64,000 bases of DNA from a virus. Positions 10,165-20,068 of this stretch are shown here, piece by piece. Under the pieces are notes generated by a model, which was not told where the DNA came from, did no database searches, and saw only the letters and a list, made by a program, of their open reading frames with translations. The position numbers and the translations under genes are program-made. Each line of letters starts with the position of its first letter. Positions within the stretch are counted from its first letter, which is position 1. Where the stretch lies: positions 23,213 to 87,212 of the IMG/VR virus record IMGVR_UViG_3300032086_003519; one strand, given 5' to 3'.

Positions 10165-10636
10165 ATCTTTGTATTTTTCCAACTCCAGAATAGAATAGAT
10201 TATAATATTCTTTTTTACTTAAGGTTAACATGTCGCAGATTTCTTTCCTATTGAAACCTTGTGACTTCATTTCTAGAATAAAAGATTCAGCGGGCAAAAG
10301 TCTATTCGCACAAGATACTAGTATATTCTTGAAGTCATTGACATACGACTTATCATCATAACTAACAGTCACCGTAGAGTTGGTAACATTGTTGTTTTGC
10401 CATCTCAATTCTTTTCTCAAGAATCTATTAAGATGATTCTTTACGCAAGAAAAGACATAAGGTCTCAGAGGTCCGATGTCAGGATCAAAGCTACTAACGG
10501 CTTTGAAATACCCAACAAAAGCTACCTGCAATAAATCTTCAAACTCAAAAGATTTGGCATGACCTCCAAATTGAACTACTAACGAAATTATAATATCAAA
10601 GTTTTCGTCTATAGCTGGAGGGTCACTGTGTGTCAT
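10154..10636 (-). CDS. RNA polymerase sigma-70 family factor (regions 2+4)
   Basis: FEDLLQVAFVGYFKAVSSFDP (region 2), C-terminal HTH GFNRKEICDML; start MTHSD. Confidence 0.75.
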   Translation of the reverse strand: MTHSDPPAIDENFDIIISLVVQFGGHAKSFEFEDLLQVAFVGYFKAVSSFDPDIGPLRPYVFSCVKNHLNRFLRKELRWQNNNVTNSTVTVSYDDKSYVNDFKNILVSCANRLLPAESFILEMKSQGFNRKEICDMLTLSKKEYYNLFYSGVGKIQRYET

Positions 10637-10961
10637 TAGGTTCTCTGTCCTTAAAGACTCTAAAATTTTGAACTCTGAAGGCAACCTTCTGTTTTGGTTG
10701 ACCGTTTGAATCATTCCATTTTTCCTGTCTAGCTACAGCATTTACGGCGATCATATCACCTTTGCTGCATAATTTATGTATAGTAAGAGCTCCACTATCC
10801 CAAGCGGAAAAGTCAAAAAAGTCAACACGCTTTACTTTGTTTCCGTTCTTATCTTTTCTATGCTCCTCGATTGCTAGCGAAAATGTTGCTAGCTTTGTGG
10901 TGCCAACATCTTTTATAATAGGGTCTGCTGTTAGCCTGCCCACGAATGTACAATTATTCAT
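10623..10961 (-). CDS. ssb: single-stranded DNA-binding protein (OB fold, no acidic tail)
   Basis: NNCTFVGRLTADP, FSLAI, DFFDFSAW, KGDMIAV. Confidence 0.9.
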   Translation of the reverse strand: MNNCTFVGRLTADPIIKDVGTTKLATFSLAIEEHRKDKNGNKVKRVDFFDFSAWDSGALTIHKLCSKGDMIAVNAVARQEKWNDSNGQPKQKVAFRVQNFRVFKDREPNDTQ

Positions 10962-10997
10962 TATAATACTCCAAATATATTATATTTTAACTATAAA

Positions 10998-12560
10998 CTA
11001 AGCTTGAGACACTTTGTTTATAATCAAACTTGTATCTTTTTTCTTAGAAACCTGTGCCATAACGATCACTGTGTTGCCTTCGTACAGCAACTGTTTGTTT
11101 TCTTCATACGCATCTGGAAAAACTATCGCTGAATCCAAGCACGCTGTAGAATCTTCAACGGATAAAAATGCCATGATCTGTCCGGGATTTTTACCGTTCT
11201 TAGTTTTGTATTCACGTAAAGCATTTATATGAACAGCAAGGTTAACATTTCCAGTCTTGCCCTGAGCTATCTCTTTGCAGGTCGTATTGACCAAAGAGCT
11301 TTGGACCGCATCCGTCTTTGAGTAGCTTAGCGACGTACCTAAGTATTTAATTTCTAAGTCTGCAATCTGCTCTGGATGATCTACAAGTTCAAACGGTGGT
11401 GATTCTACCACATTTCTAAGATCAAAAACTTTTACGAGCCTACGAGAGGTAATCTTGAGATTATTTATCATATTATCTAAAGACTGGACAAAGTTGTGAC
11501 TTGAGTCGTAGTTTTCTTGAAGCCAAGTTCTCTCTCTGGCAGACAGGTCTTTGTAGCTTTTATATTCGTAGAGCATCTGGTTTCTATGCATACGGTTCTT
11601 AGTTCCATTAAAAGCACCAACATTTATCAGAGACTCCATTGATGTCTTATTGATTCTTGCACCTAAGTTAAACAATACGTCAGACCAAGTAAATTCAGTA
11701 AATGGTTTTTCGAGACTTTCTTCAAGCTCGGGTATTGCATCCAACAATTTGACAGTTTCAGAACTACCAACACCCTTCACGTTGTTGACACCAAAATATA
11801 TCTTGTCTTCAGATATAGTGAAGTTGTTAAAGAACTTGCCCAGTCTTGGCGGCATTACTTCAATATCGTAAAGTTTGGCATCTGATACTAGTTCTCGAAC
11901 TTCTGTTTGAGGGTCAGGCTTTCTGTCTGCGTGTCCGAGATAAGCCTCAAAGAACTCAATCTTGCGATGCACTTTACAATACGCACTTCTGTAAGCATTA
12001 ACGGCATATGATACGGCATGAGACTTATTGAAAGCATACCTGTTTGACTTCTCAATCCAGCTAAAGATTTCCTCCGCAGTCTCTTTCTCTAGACCTCCAA
12101 CAGAAATAGCACCGTCAATAAAAGATCCTTTGATCTGATTCATAAGGTCAGCTTTTTTCTTTCCGATAGCTTTACGAAGACTGTCCGCCTCTTTGAGGTC
12201 AAAGCCCGCCAGTTGCTGAGCAATCTTCATAGACTGCTCCTGATAAACAAGAACTCCGTAAGTTTCTTTTAGAATCGGCTCAAGACTGTCATGTAAATAC
12301 TTAACCTCATCAATGCCAGCCTTACGGTCAACGTAGTGCTGGGTCATTGACTTACCTTCAGTAAAAGCTTTCAAACATCCGGGCCTAATTAGAGAGATTA
12401 GCGCAGCCAACTCTTCTATACTTCGAGGACGAACTCTTTTCGCCCAAGATCTGCCTAGCTGTGACTCTAGCTGAAAGACACCCTTTGTCTGCCCTTCGCA
12501 AATTAAATCCCAAACACCAGAGTCATTATAGTTGTCAATATTAAACGTAGAATTCTCCAT
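10998..12560 (-). CDS. dnaE: DNA polymerase III alpha, C-terminal half (fingers, HhH, OB)
   Basis: TKGVFQLES, SLIRPG, ETYGVLVYQEQ, LRKAIGKK, YAFNKSHAVSY, VKGVG, MAFLSVED. Confidence 0.92.
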   Translation of the reverse strand: MENSTFNIDNYNDSGVWDLICEGQTKGVFQLESQLGRSWAKRVRPRSIEELAALISLIRPGCLKAFTEGKSMTQHYVDRKAGIDEVKYLHDSLEPILKETYGVLVYQEQSMKIAQQLAGFDLKEADSLRKAIGKKKADLMNQIKGSFIDGAISVGGLEKETAEEIFSWIEKSNRYAFNKSHAVSYAVNAYRSAYCKVHRKIEFFEAYLGHADRKPDPQTEVRELVSDAKLYDIEVMPPRLGKFFNNFTISEDKIYFGVNNVKGVGSSETVKLLDAIPELEESLEKPFTEFTWSDVLFNLGARINKTSMESLINVGAFNGTKNRMHRNQMLYEYKSYKDLSARERTWLQENYDSSHNFVQSLDNMINNLKITSRRLVKVFDLRNVVESPPFELVDHPEQIADLEIKYLGTSLSYSKTDAVQSSLVNTTCKEIAQGKTGNVNLAVHINALREYKTKNGKNPGQIMAFLSVEDSTACLDSAIVFPDAYEENKQLLYEGNTVIVMAQVSKKKDTSLIINKVSQA

Positions 12561-13230
12561 TCGCAAACGCCTTTTCAAATTTAGTCTTCTGTGAAATGTT
12601 CCGCTGGAACTTCAAAAATTTAATCAATATATTAGCTGTGTCCTTCACATCCTGCAAGGCATCGTGAGCGTTTTGTTTGCTCTCTTCTGGAAAGCCCATA
12701 TACTCACGCAAGAAGTCCATACTAAGACTCTTAAAGTCTTTGTTGTTCTCAGTCCAAGAGAAAACGATGTCCATCAAGTCTAACTTAAAGATAGGATTGA
12801 ATACAGTCTGACGACCTCTAGCATCGGTTGTGCCGTGCATATCACACATACGCTGAACAATCGGAAGGTCAAACCCAATGATGTTGTAGCCAGCTGCGAT
12901 AGGGGCAGTATAAGAGCTTTTCTTAAAGTTAAATTGCATACAGAAATCTTCAAACTTCTTCCATACAGTCTTTGGTAGCGGAGCTTTTGCTAGCGCTTCT
13001 CTGGTCTTGCCGGTAATCTTCAGCGCCTCTTCTTCGACTGGATCAAAGCCAGCCTCAATCGCTTTCTTATCATCAAGAATAGGGCGAATCTCACTATTGA
13101 AAATACCATTAGGTTGGATGGTTAGTTTTCTCCCATGCAAAGCAATAGCCGCAATTTGTGTCGGCTGTGTCTTGTGAGGATTCCTAGATCCTGTTTCAAA
13201 GTCAAATACAATTATGTCTCTATAATTCAT
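12541..13230 (-). CDS. DEDDh 3'-5' exonuclease (DnaQ/epsilon-like)
   Basis: VFDFETG (ExoI), GYNIIGFD (ExoII), HDALQD (ExoIII). Confidence 0.9.
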   Translation of the reverse strand: MNYRDIIVFDFETGSRNPHKTQPTQIAAIALHGRKLTIQPNGIFNSEIRPILDDKKAIEAGFDPVEEEALKITGKTREALAKAPLPKTVWKKFEDFCMQFNFKKSSYTAPIAAGYNIIGFDLPIVQRMCDMHGTTDARGRQTVFNPIFKLDLMDIVFSWTENNKDFKSLSMDFLREYMGFPEESKQNAHDALQDVKDTANILIKFLKFQRNISQKTKFEKAFANGEFYV

Positions 13231-13454
13231 CTAACAACACCTTTCAGTTCAAGAAATTTATCAACTGCATCATCAATACTATAAAATAATTTACTGTACA
13301 TCTTCTTTTTATTATCCGAGTGTACTTGGTAAACTCCGTTAGCTCTTCCACGATACTGAGGCAGAAAGTGTCTCAAGTCGCAAAGACTAACATTTCTATA
13401 CTCAATAGCGCAACCAGAAAAAACAACAGACTTGTAATCTTCTTTAGTGCTCAT
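13227..13454 (-). CDS. small hypothetical protein between the dnaE halves
   Basis: overlaps both neighbours; weak AP2-like pattern. Confidence 0.6.
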   Translation of the reverse strand: MSTKEDYKSVVFSGCAIEYRNVSLCDLRHFLPQYRGRANGVYQVHSDNKKKMYSKLFYSIDDAVDKFLELKGVVR

Positions 13455-15024
13455 CTTTAATCTCCATAATTTTACTTAATAGGTCAATGCCTAGAATATC
13501 AAACTTAACGTGACCTTGATCCTCAAGATCTCCCATTTCAAAACCAGCGACAAGATTCTTGTTTCTGTCTTGAACCATCGGGCAAACCTCTCTCAGTTTA
13601 TTAGCAGAAATAATGACTCCTGCGGCATGCTTGCCCTGTGACTTAATTGTACCTTCAATGTCAATAGCTTGCTCAAAGATTTCCGCTAAAGGTCCGATTA
13701 AATCTCCTTCTTGATTTACCTTGCACCACTTAACTAAGTCGCTAGGTTGGTAGAGTAGTGTCCATCTAATGAGAGACTTTTCTCCACTTTCTTCAATCAA
13801 GTCAGACACATCTGCTTCATTAGGAATATTCTTTGTTATATCATTCATCTCGGCAAAGGACACGGCGTTCGTGATGCGCATGATTTCTTTCAGCGCAGCT
13901 CGCCCTTGCAGTTTGTTAAATGTTAGCATCTGGGAGACATTATCCTCGCCGTATTTCGACTTAATATATGCGATAACATCATCTCGCTTTTCCGCTGGAA
14001 CATCAACATCAATATCAGGCAAAGATACGTGATCTTCAGTATTACGTCCTGCATTGTAGAATCTTTCAAAGATCAAGTCATACTCAATAGGATCAATCTC
14101 TGTGATACCGATTAAATATGAGATCAAACATCCGGCAGCAGACCCTCGTCCGGGTCCCGGCAACCAGCCTTGTTCTCTAACATAGTTTACAATATCTTGA
14201 ACAATCAAGAAATAACCAGACAGATCTGCTTCAAAAATAACATCCATCTCGTTCTTGATTCTATCGAGATATTCCTGCTTTACATCCTCATCGTCAACCT
14301 TGCCCGTCTCGGCAAGCAAAGTTCGCCAGCCATCTCTACATAACTGTTTCAGGTATTCATCTTCATCATACCCTTCTGGACAATCGAATTTAGGCAGCAT
14401 TGGTTTACCAAGAACATTATATTCTTCGCATTGTGCTGCAATGTCAGCAACTTTATCTATCAGATCACTATCATAGGCTGATTGAACTTCATTTGGCGAC
14501 AACATATAATACTTGTCAGAGTCAAAGAAGCCTTTGAGTTTTTTGAACCCATCCTGTTTTAGCCTCTCTTTTGACTTAGCCATTGTAGTCTTCATTGCAG
14601 AACACAGGAGTATTCTATGCAGCTCCGCATCTTTTGTTTCAGCATAATAACTAGGCTGTTGCTTTAGCTCATCAATGCAAATCAAATTTTCACTGTGAGA
14701 TTTTAGTAGCTTGTAAACAACGTCATCACTATACGAGTTTTTCTTAGAAACTAAGTCGATCAGGTCAAACCAACCAGCTTTGTTTTTAGCCAAGAGAGTA
14801 GTTGGCTTATGGCTTTCAAATTCAAATGTACAGCCAATGATAGGCTTAATGTTATTCTTCTTGCAAGTTTTGTAAAAGGCTACAGCGCCAGAGATAGTAT
14901 TTATATCAGTGATAGCGCAAGATTTGTAGCCAAACTCTTTGCATTTAGCTACGAGCTGTTCTGGTTTAGAATAACCTCTCTGTAAGCTAAAGTGCGTCTT
15001 ATTGTTCAGCGGAATCCAATTCAT
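13444..15024 (-). CDS. dnaE: DNA polymerase III alpha, N-terminal half (degenerate PHP, palm, thumb)
   Basis: IKPIIG, GYFLIVQD, GPGRGSAAG, FERFYN, PDIDVD, GKHAAGVII, KFDILG. Confidence 0.92.
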   Translation of the reverse strand: MNWIPLNNKTHFSLQRGYSKPEQLVAKCKEFGYKSCAITDINTISGAVAFYKTCKKNNIKPIIGCTFEFESHKPTTLLAKNKAGWFDLIDLVSKKNSYSDDVVYKLLKSHSENLICIDELKQQPSYYAETKDAELHRILLCSAMKTTMAKSKERLKQDGFKKLKGFFDSDKYYMLSPNEVQSAYDSDLIDKVADIAAQCEEYNVLGKPMLPKFDCPEGYDEDEYLKQLCRDGWRTLLAETGKVDDEDVKQEYLDRIKNEMDVIFEADLSGYFLIVQDIVNYVREQGWLPGPGRGSAAGCLISYLIGITEIDPIEYDLIFERFYNAGRNTEDHVSLPDIDVDVPAEKRDDVIAYIKSKYGEDNVSQMLTFNKLQGRAALKEIMRITNAVSFAEMNDITKNIPNEADVSDLIEESGEKSLIRWTLLYQPSDLVKWCKVNQEGDLIGPLAEIFEQAIDIEGTIKSQGKHAAGVIISANKLREVCPMVQDRNKNLVAGFEMGDLEDQGHVKFDILGIDLLSKIMEIKDEH

Positions 15025-15514
15025 TACAGTCCTCAAATTTATTCAATTCTGAAATAGCAACATTATGACAATCTGCTCGAACTATAAAGCCATTAGATGG
15101 ATCTTTCTGGCCTTTTGTAAGTTTGCGAGCTTTCTTAAAGTAATCATCGTGAGTCAACCAACCTAAGACCCACGCCCTTCCCCATCTTCTATTTTTATTT
15201 TCAATTCTAACAAAAACATATCTATCACACTTCTGCTTTGTGTTAAAGTTAGCAACTGAACAATCATAGTAAGGTTTAGGTGGAGAAGTACACCGTTTTG
15301 TTTTTACGTCGTACTTGATTCCGTCCTGTGAAACCAAGTCGTAATCGTAGGTGTTATTAATTGTACCACCTATAACAACATTTGCAACCTCTTCTCCTAA
15401 AAACCCAGCAATATTTCCATCGCCCTTCATGATGGAGTTCTTGATGACTCCCATCTCTCTGGACTTTGCCCATGCTCGCTTCTTCATATCTTCTGTAATT
15501 TTTACTTCAATCAT
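14999..15514 (-). CDS. PD-(D/E)XK-type nuclease-like protein
   Basis: GFLGEE..YDYDL..YDVKT motif arrangement. Confidence 0.5.
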   Translation of the reverse strand: MIEVKITEDMKKRAWAKSREMGVIKNSIMKGDGNIAGFLGEEVANVVIGGTINNTYDYDLVSQDGIKYDVKTKRCTSPPKPYYDCSVANFNTKQKCDRYVFVRIENKNRRWGRAWVLGWLTHDDYFKKARKLTKGQKDPSNGFIVRADCHNVAISELNKFEDCNELDSAEQ

Positions 15515-16527
15515 TATCCGGGAGCCTCATAATATCCAACATCGAAACCTTCTCTTGTGCAATTTTGTATTGTATCTAGCATACCAAATTGGTCTAGGTG
15601 ATTACTGACATGACGACACATACTTTCATCAGTTCCCGGCCAATCTTTCTTACAGAAGTCACAGAGTTTTTGACACTTCCAGTGAGATTGATTTCTTGAC
15701 AACATTCTTGGTCTAGTCGTCTTTTTGATTTCTTGAAATCTATCTTTTAACATGCCAAGAAACTTTTGCCTATCAGACTCCTCAAAGCAAATACTGAACG
15801 GGCCTCCATCTCTAATAAAGTATATCGACATAATCGCGTCATCATATTCAGGGAAAATCTTAGAAATAGCATAATGATAAAGCATTAGTTGCGGATCTTT
15901 GCAGAGCTTCTCGTATGTTTTCTCTTCTCCTGTAGCCCAGTTTAATCTGCGACCAGTCTTCCAGTCAATCACTTCGATGACTCTATCTGACACTTCTGTT
16001 ACTAAGTCAATAGTGCCCTTGATGGCAAGCCTACCTTCGACCTTACTGCCGTCAGGCATGTCATATTCGTACTTTCCCCAGTCTTCTTCGATAGGAATGT
16101 CAAACTGCGGTTCCGCCGCAACAATATTTCTCTTGCGAGGATCAAAGTTGCCGTCATCATAAGTCAGTGCGTCCCAAGTAAGTTTATCACAAAACTTGTA
16201 GTCGGCATTTGTATAATGATGTGTACACGGAACAGTGTAGTGATCGTAGCTACGCTTAAGGATTTCGTTTACAAATTTCTTTGTTCCGAGTCTACGCTTG
16301 GTAAACTCGACCTCTCCGATAGCGTCATCCTCAAGCAATAGCTCGTCACCATCTTGTAGCAATTTTTTGCATCCAGCTAAAACCTCCATGACCTTGTGTA
16401 CAACTGTACCAAGTTGAGCTTTTTTGCCCGATACAGTCTGATGACCCAAAACATAGGTCATAAAGTATTGCATCTGACAGTATTCAAAATTATTATAACT
16501 AGAACTTCTTATGTACGTTACTAACAT
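15514..16527 (-). CDS. Cas4/RecB-like PD-(D/E)XK exonuclease with putative Fe-S staple cysteines
   Basis: SSS..YC, GTVVH, GTIDLV, IDWKTG, QLMLY, C-terminal CQKLCDFC..C. Confidence 0.85.
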   Translation of the reverse strand: MLVTYIRSSSYNNFEYCQMQYFMTYVLGHQTVSGKKAQLGTVVHKVMEVLAGCKKLLQDGDELLLEDDAIGEVEFTKRRLGTKKFVNEILKRSYDHYTVPCTHHYTNADYKFCDKLTWDALTYDDGNFDPRKRNIVAAEPQFDIPIEEDWGKYEYDMPDGSKVEGRLAIKGTIDLVTEVSDRVIEVIDWKTGRRLNWATGEEKTYEKLCKDPQLMLYHYAISKIFPEYDDAIMSIYFIRDGGPFSICFEESDRQKFLGMLKDRFQEIKKTTRPRMLSRNQSHWKCQKLCDFCKKDWPGTDESMCRHVSNHLDQFGMLDTIQNCTREGFDVGYYEAPG

Positions 16528-16528
16528 G

Positions 16529-17362
16529 TTATTCCTTAATCTTATGGATTCCACCTACCAACTCTGGCTTATCCGCATCTGGAATTGATTCAGTAGGTGC
16601 TTCAATTTCACTACCAAGCCAACCCCACTTCTCAAGAAGCGAGATGATTTCCACGTTGGTTTCATGTAGTGTAAGTTCTTTATTGTCTATTGTTGCATCG
16701 TAGTTTTGTATCTTTTCACTTTCTACTTCGCTGCTATGTGTATCAGCATCAACACCTCTAGTCAATCGGACGACTTTGCCTCCTGCTCTTTGAACTGCAT
16801 CTACTTCATTTTGAAACCGACAGTCAGAAATTACAGCAACTAAAGGCTCCTCAGTGCGAATACTCTTGAGTGTGTGTTCAGTCCAAATCTCTGGATGGAT
16901 TTTACGACAAATGTCTGTACCAAAAAACTGCATGAACTCTCTAGCCGTCATACGACCTTCTTCATCACCCTCATATCCGGGCATATCTTGCCAACGAAAC
17001 CAAGTTAAAGTATTCTTTTCTTGGTCAGTTCCATAGCATTGTGCATTATCAAGGTCAAATAAGCCGTTGCAAATTTCTTTGAGTGCACCAGCAAAGGAAT
17101 AGTGCTTAATGAAAGGCCATAAGTTTTCTGCGGCCCACAACCCAAAGTCAAGATCTGTCCTAGTTACATCAAGAACTCCTTGAGTAGTTTCTTCTACGCC
17201 ATTTGCGTTAGTCGAAGTTGTATCTACAATCAACCTGCCCTTATCATCAATATTGAAACCTTTAATCAGATGATGACATCTCATTTGATAACCATGTAGA
17301 AACGCGCAAGCTGAATTTTTGCCTGACTGTTTTCTGCCAGCGAAAGCCAAAATTCTTGTCAT
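16529..17362 (-). CDS. deoxynucleoside monophosphate kinase
   Basis: GRKQSGKN P-loop, SFAGALK, REFMQFFGT, ISDCRFQNE, HSSE. Confidence 0.88.
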   Translation of the reverse strand: MTRILAFAGRKQSGKNSACAFLHGYQMRCHHLIKGFNIDDKGRLIVDTTSTNANGVEETTQGVLDVTRTDLDFGLWAAENLWPFIKHYSFAGALKEICNGLFDLDNAQCYGTDQEKNTLTWFRWQDMPGYEGDEEGRMTAREFMQFFGTDICRKIHPEIWTEHTLKSIRTEEPLVAVISDCRFQNEVDAVQRAGGKVVRLTRGVDADTHSSEVESEKIQNYDATIDNKELTLHETNVEIISLLEKWGWLGSEIEAPTESIPDADKPELVGGIHKIKE

Positions 17363-18415
17363 TTATAGAACTCCTTCTAATTTATTTATAATTTGATCTT
17401 GTATTTGTTCGACTGTCATATCGCCAACATCTTTTTGGTCAATTTGAGGTCGATAGTAATTGAATCTTCTGCCACATCGTTTGAGGATTTGTTGTGCGGC
17501 TTTCTCGCCAGCTTCATCATAGTCGGTAAGTATTACAACATTTCTTGCACCACTTCTTTCTATTAGTATTAGTTGGTCTTCACTGAGACTCGCACCAAAT
17601 ATTCCAACAGTGTTTGTAATCCCAGCCTCGTGCATACGCCAAACATCACCTTGTCCTTCTACTAAAACAATAGTGCCTTTTCTCATTATATCATCTTTGG
17701 CAACATTATACCCGTATAAATAAGAACTTTTTTTGAAACCTTTACTATGCAGCCATTTTGGTTGCATGTTCTGATAGACGGCTCTACCAATACAAGCAAC
17801 GTAATTATTATTCTCATCATAGATAGGTACAACTACTCGGCCTGACATTGGTTTGCCTTTACCGATGCACATACCTATATCAAACTTCTCAAGAGTTTCT
17901 GGTTTATATCCACGATTGATGTAGTATTGTGATGGTATATCAAGCTTGCTCACGACAGCATCTCTATCAATAACTTGCTCATGCCTCATAGGTTCTCTCT
18001 GAAAAACCTCAAGTATCTTTACCACGCTGTAGTTCTCAACTGGTTGCTCAAACTCAATTGTCTCTGGATCTAAACCCAAAAATTTACTACAAAAATAAAA
18101 GGTCTCTAATACTCCGACCTCTTTAGCTTTTCTGTTTGACAAGACACCACGAACAAAACCAAAAGTGTTCTTACCAAAGTCTTCGTGACAGTTGGCAGTC
18201 CAACAGTTCCAGTTCCCTTTGGAGCTCACTCCATCTGTAAAAATAGAACAGCCCTCTGGATTGTCTCCGCCGTGAATAGGGCAAGCACATGCAAGTCTAT
18301 TCGGGTACTCAATGTATTCAATATCGAAATATTTAAGCAAATCTTCAACCCTATTGGAGAGCTGATTAGACACCGCTAATATCTGCTGATTCGTTAGTCG
18401 TTTGTTCAAAACCAT
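17363..18415 (-). CDS. dnaG: DNA primase (CHC2 zinc finger + TOPRIM)
   Basis: CPIHGGDN..WNCWT, LVEGQGDV, DYDEAG; start uncertain (MVLNK). Confidence 0.9.
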   Translation of the reverse strand: MVLNKRLTNQQILAVSNQLSNRVEDLLKYFDIEYIEYPNRLACACPIHGGDNPEGCSIFTDGVSSKGNWNCWTANCHEDFGKNTFGFVRGVLSNRKAKEVGVLETFYFCSKFLGLDPETIEFEQPVENYSVVKILEVFQREPMRHEQVIDRDAVVSKLDIPSQYYINRGYKPETLEKFDIGMCIGKGKPMSGRVVVPIYDENNNYVACIGRAVYQNMQPKWLHSKGFKKSSYLYGYNVAKDDIMRKGTIVLVEGQGDVWRMHEAGITNTVGIFGASLSEDQLILIERSGARNVVILTDYDEAGEKAAQQILKRCGRRFNYYRPQIDQKDVGDMTVEQIQDQIINKLEGVL

Positions 18416-19835
18416 CATCCTTAATTTTGCTTGACTTATGGGCTTCATTTCTTGTCTTGCCCTCGACAAGCTTACCAAATTTACCAAACATATTCATATT
18501 GATGTAGTCACCGTCATCAAGTCCGGCTCCGTGACGAGCAACAATTGGAACAAGTTTTCTGTTACCATGCTCCTCTCCGTCATCAGCCATTTCTTCATCT
18601 GACTTCATCTTAAAAATAGTAAAGCTGGTACACAACCAAATCAATCTATCAGAACCACTGACAACATCTGTTGATTCCTTTGTGATACCATCTCTGTTTA
18701 GCTGTACAAAGCTCAGACAAGGAACATCATGTTTTACGCAGAAGTTATGTAACTGCGTGATTTGAAATCCTAGCACTTGAAACTCCTGCATGGAGTTGGA
18801 GATGCTGTCCGAGTTCATCAATTTTAAATAGTCATAAATTATAATACAATCGTTTGTTCTACCATTTTCATCAAAGCCAACTTCTTGATGAATCCATTTA
18901 CGCATAATTGCAAGAATGTTTTCAAATGGTTGGCCAGCAATACTAACGTAGTGATATGGGATATTCTGTAGTTCTTCAGCTGCTTTTTCTACTTTCTCAA
19001 TGTCCAAATCATTATTAGCAAATTTACCACTAGCTAACTTGTTAATCTCCACACCACTAAGGTTCGCTAGCATACGGTTGAGATGGTCTTCTTTCGACAT
19101 TTCAGTGTCTAACATCAACACTGGAATATTTAAGTTTCTAGATACGTGCATAGCTACAGCATCGCCAAACATGGACTTACCAACTTTAGGGCGAGCAGCA
19201 ACTAGATCTACGCATTTCCTGCGTATACCTCCACCAATCGCCTCATCAAAGCGAGGAAAGCCAGTGCTGATACCCAACATCTCATTTTGGTTCTCTTTCA
19301 AGAACTCAACGTATTCGCCTACATCCTCACCAATGATTTTTGGTTTGTTATCTGAGCCTTGATATATCTTTGAAGTAGCATCGAGAATAGGTGTTTCAAT
19401 CAAAGAGATGATCTCTGCAATATCTTCGTCACCATTAATCTTGTCTACTTCCAGAGAGCATTTGGCCAAAGTCTTCTTTACGTCACGAGCTATCTTGAGC
19501 TTAGCTAACTTGGCTCCATTAACAGGAATGTTGTCTTCCAGAATCGGAGTATCAAACAAGTATCTTAGATAACCAGCTTCTTCCTTAATAATATCATAAT
19601 GATTGAGCTGATTAGCAGCGGAAAGCAATGACGAAAGCTCCGCTTTTTGAGTGGATTCAAGAGACTTTTTTATGCAGTCAAAGATAACCTGATTTGTTTG
19701 GTCTACAAAATACTCGGTGCTGATATACTCAACCTCAAGCATTGCATCAATTCCGTATTGACACAAGCCAGCGAGAACCGCAGACTCAGCTGCGGCATCT
19801 TCTAGCTTATTTTCATTTTGTTTAATTCGTACCAT
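18366..19835 (-). CDS. dnaB: replicative DNA helicase
   Basis: GISTGF, ARPKVGKS Walker A, DTEMS, YDYLKL, VQLNR; start MVRIKQ. Confidence 0.92.
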   Translation of the reverse strand: MVRIKQNENKLEDAAAESAVLAGLCQYGIDAMLEVEYISTEYFVDQTNQVIFDCIKKSLESTQKAELSSLLSAANQLNHYDIIKEEAGYLRYLFDTPILEDNIPVNGAKLAKLKIARDVKKTLAKCSLEVDKINGDEDIAEIISLIETPILDATSKIYQGSDNKPKIIGEDVGEYVEFLKENQNEMLGISTGFPRFDEAIGGGIRRKCVDLVAARPKVGKSMFGDAVAMHVSRNLNIPVLMLDTEMSKEDHLNRMLANLSGVEINKLASGKFANNDLDIEKVEKAAEELQNIPYHYVSIAGQPFENILAIMRKWIHQEVGFDENGRTNDCIIIYDYLKLMNSDSISNSMQEFQVLGFQITQLHNFCVKHDVPCLSFVQLNRDGITKESTDVVSGSDRLIWLCTSFTIFKMKSDEEMADDGEEHGNRKLVPIVARHGAGLDDGDYINMNMFGKFGKLVEGKTRNEAHKSSKIKDDGFEQTTNESADISGV

Positions 19836-19969
19836 AATAACCCCACATTGGCCATTGCATAAGAAAACCACATGAGGGCATGTGGATAATCTTTTTGTTT
19901 CATACAAGAAACACAGACAGCTAAGTACATTACCGAAGCTGTTGCGATTGCAAGTATCCCTAAATTCAT
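19802..19969 (-). CDS. 55-aa membrane protein (MNLGILAIATASVMYLAVCV...), absent from ORF track
   Basis: GAGGA RBS, two hydrophobic segments, coupled to neighbours. Confidence 0.7.
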   Translation of the reverse strand: MNLGILAIATASVMYLAVCVSCMKQKDYPHALMWFSYAMANVGLLWYELNKMKIS

Positions 19970-20068
19970 TTACATTCCTCTAAAAATATAGAACCCCATA
20001 CAAATGCTGGCGCTTAAAAATACGCCGAGCAGAAAATCTTTCCATTCCAAATTAATTGATTTCTTCAT
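19970..20068 (-). CDS. 32-aa membrane peptide (MKKSINLEWKDFLLGVFLSASICMGFYIFRGM), absent from ORF track
   Basis: TAATG overlap with upstream gene, exactly fills the gap, one TM helix. Confidence 0.6.
   Translation of the reverse strand: MKKSINLEWKDFLLGVFLSASICMGFYIFRGM

Noticed and set aside
12541-12578. Programmed frameshift fusing the exonuclease to DnaE-C
   Set aside because: No convincing slippery heptamer or stimulatory hairpin; an ATG with an AAGG RBS explains the overlap
10998-15024. Split intein or self-splicing intron in dnaE
   Set aside because: No intein N-terminal C/S block or C-terminal HN-C/S/T; the intervening DNA is fully occupied by overlapping ORFs, leaving no room for an intron core
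15514-16527. CRISPR-Cas system suggested by the Cas4-like gene
   Set aside because: No repeat-spacer array or other cas genes seen in the window; solo Cas4-like nucleases are ordinary in phage replication modules
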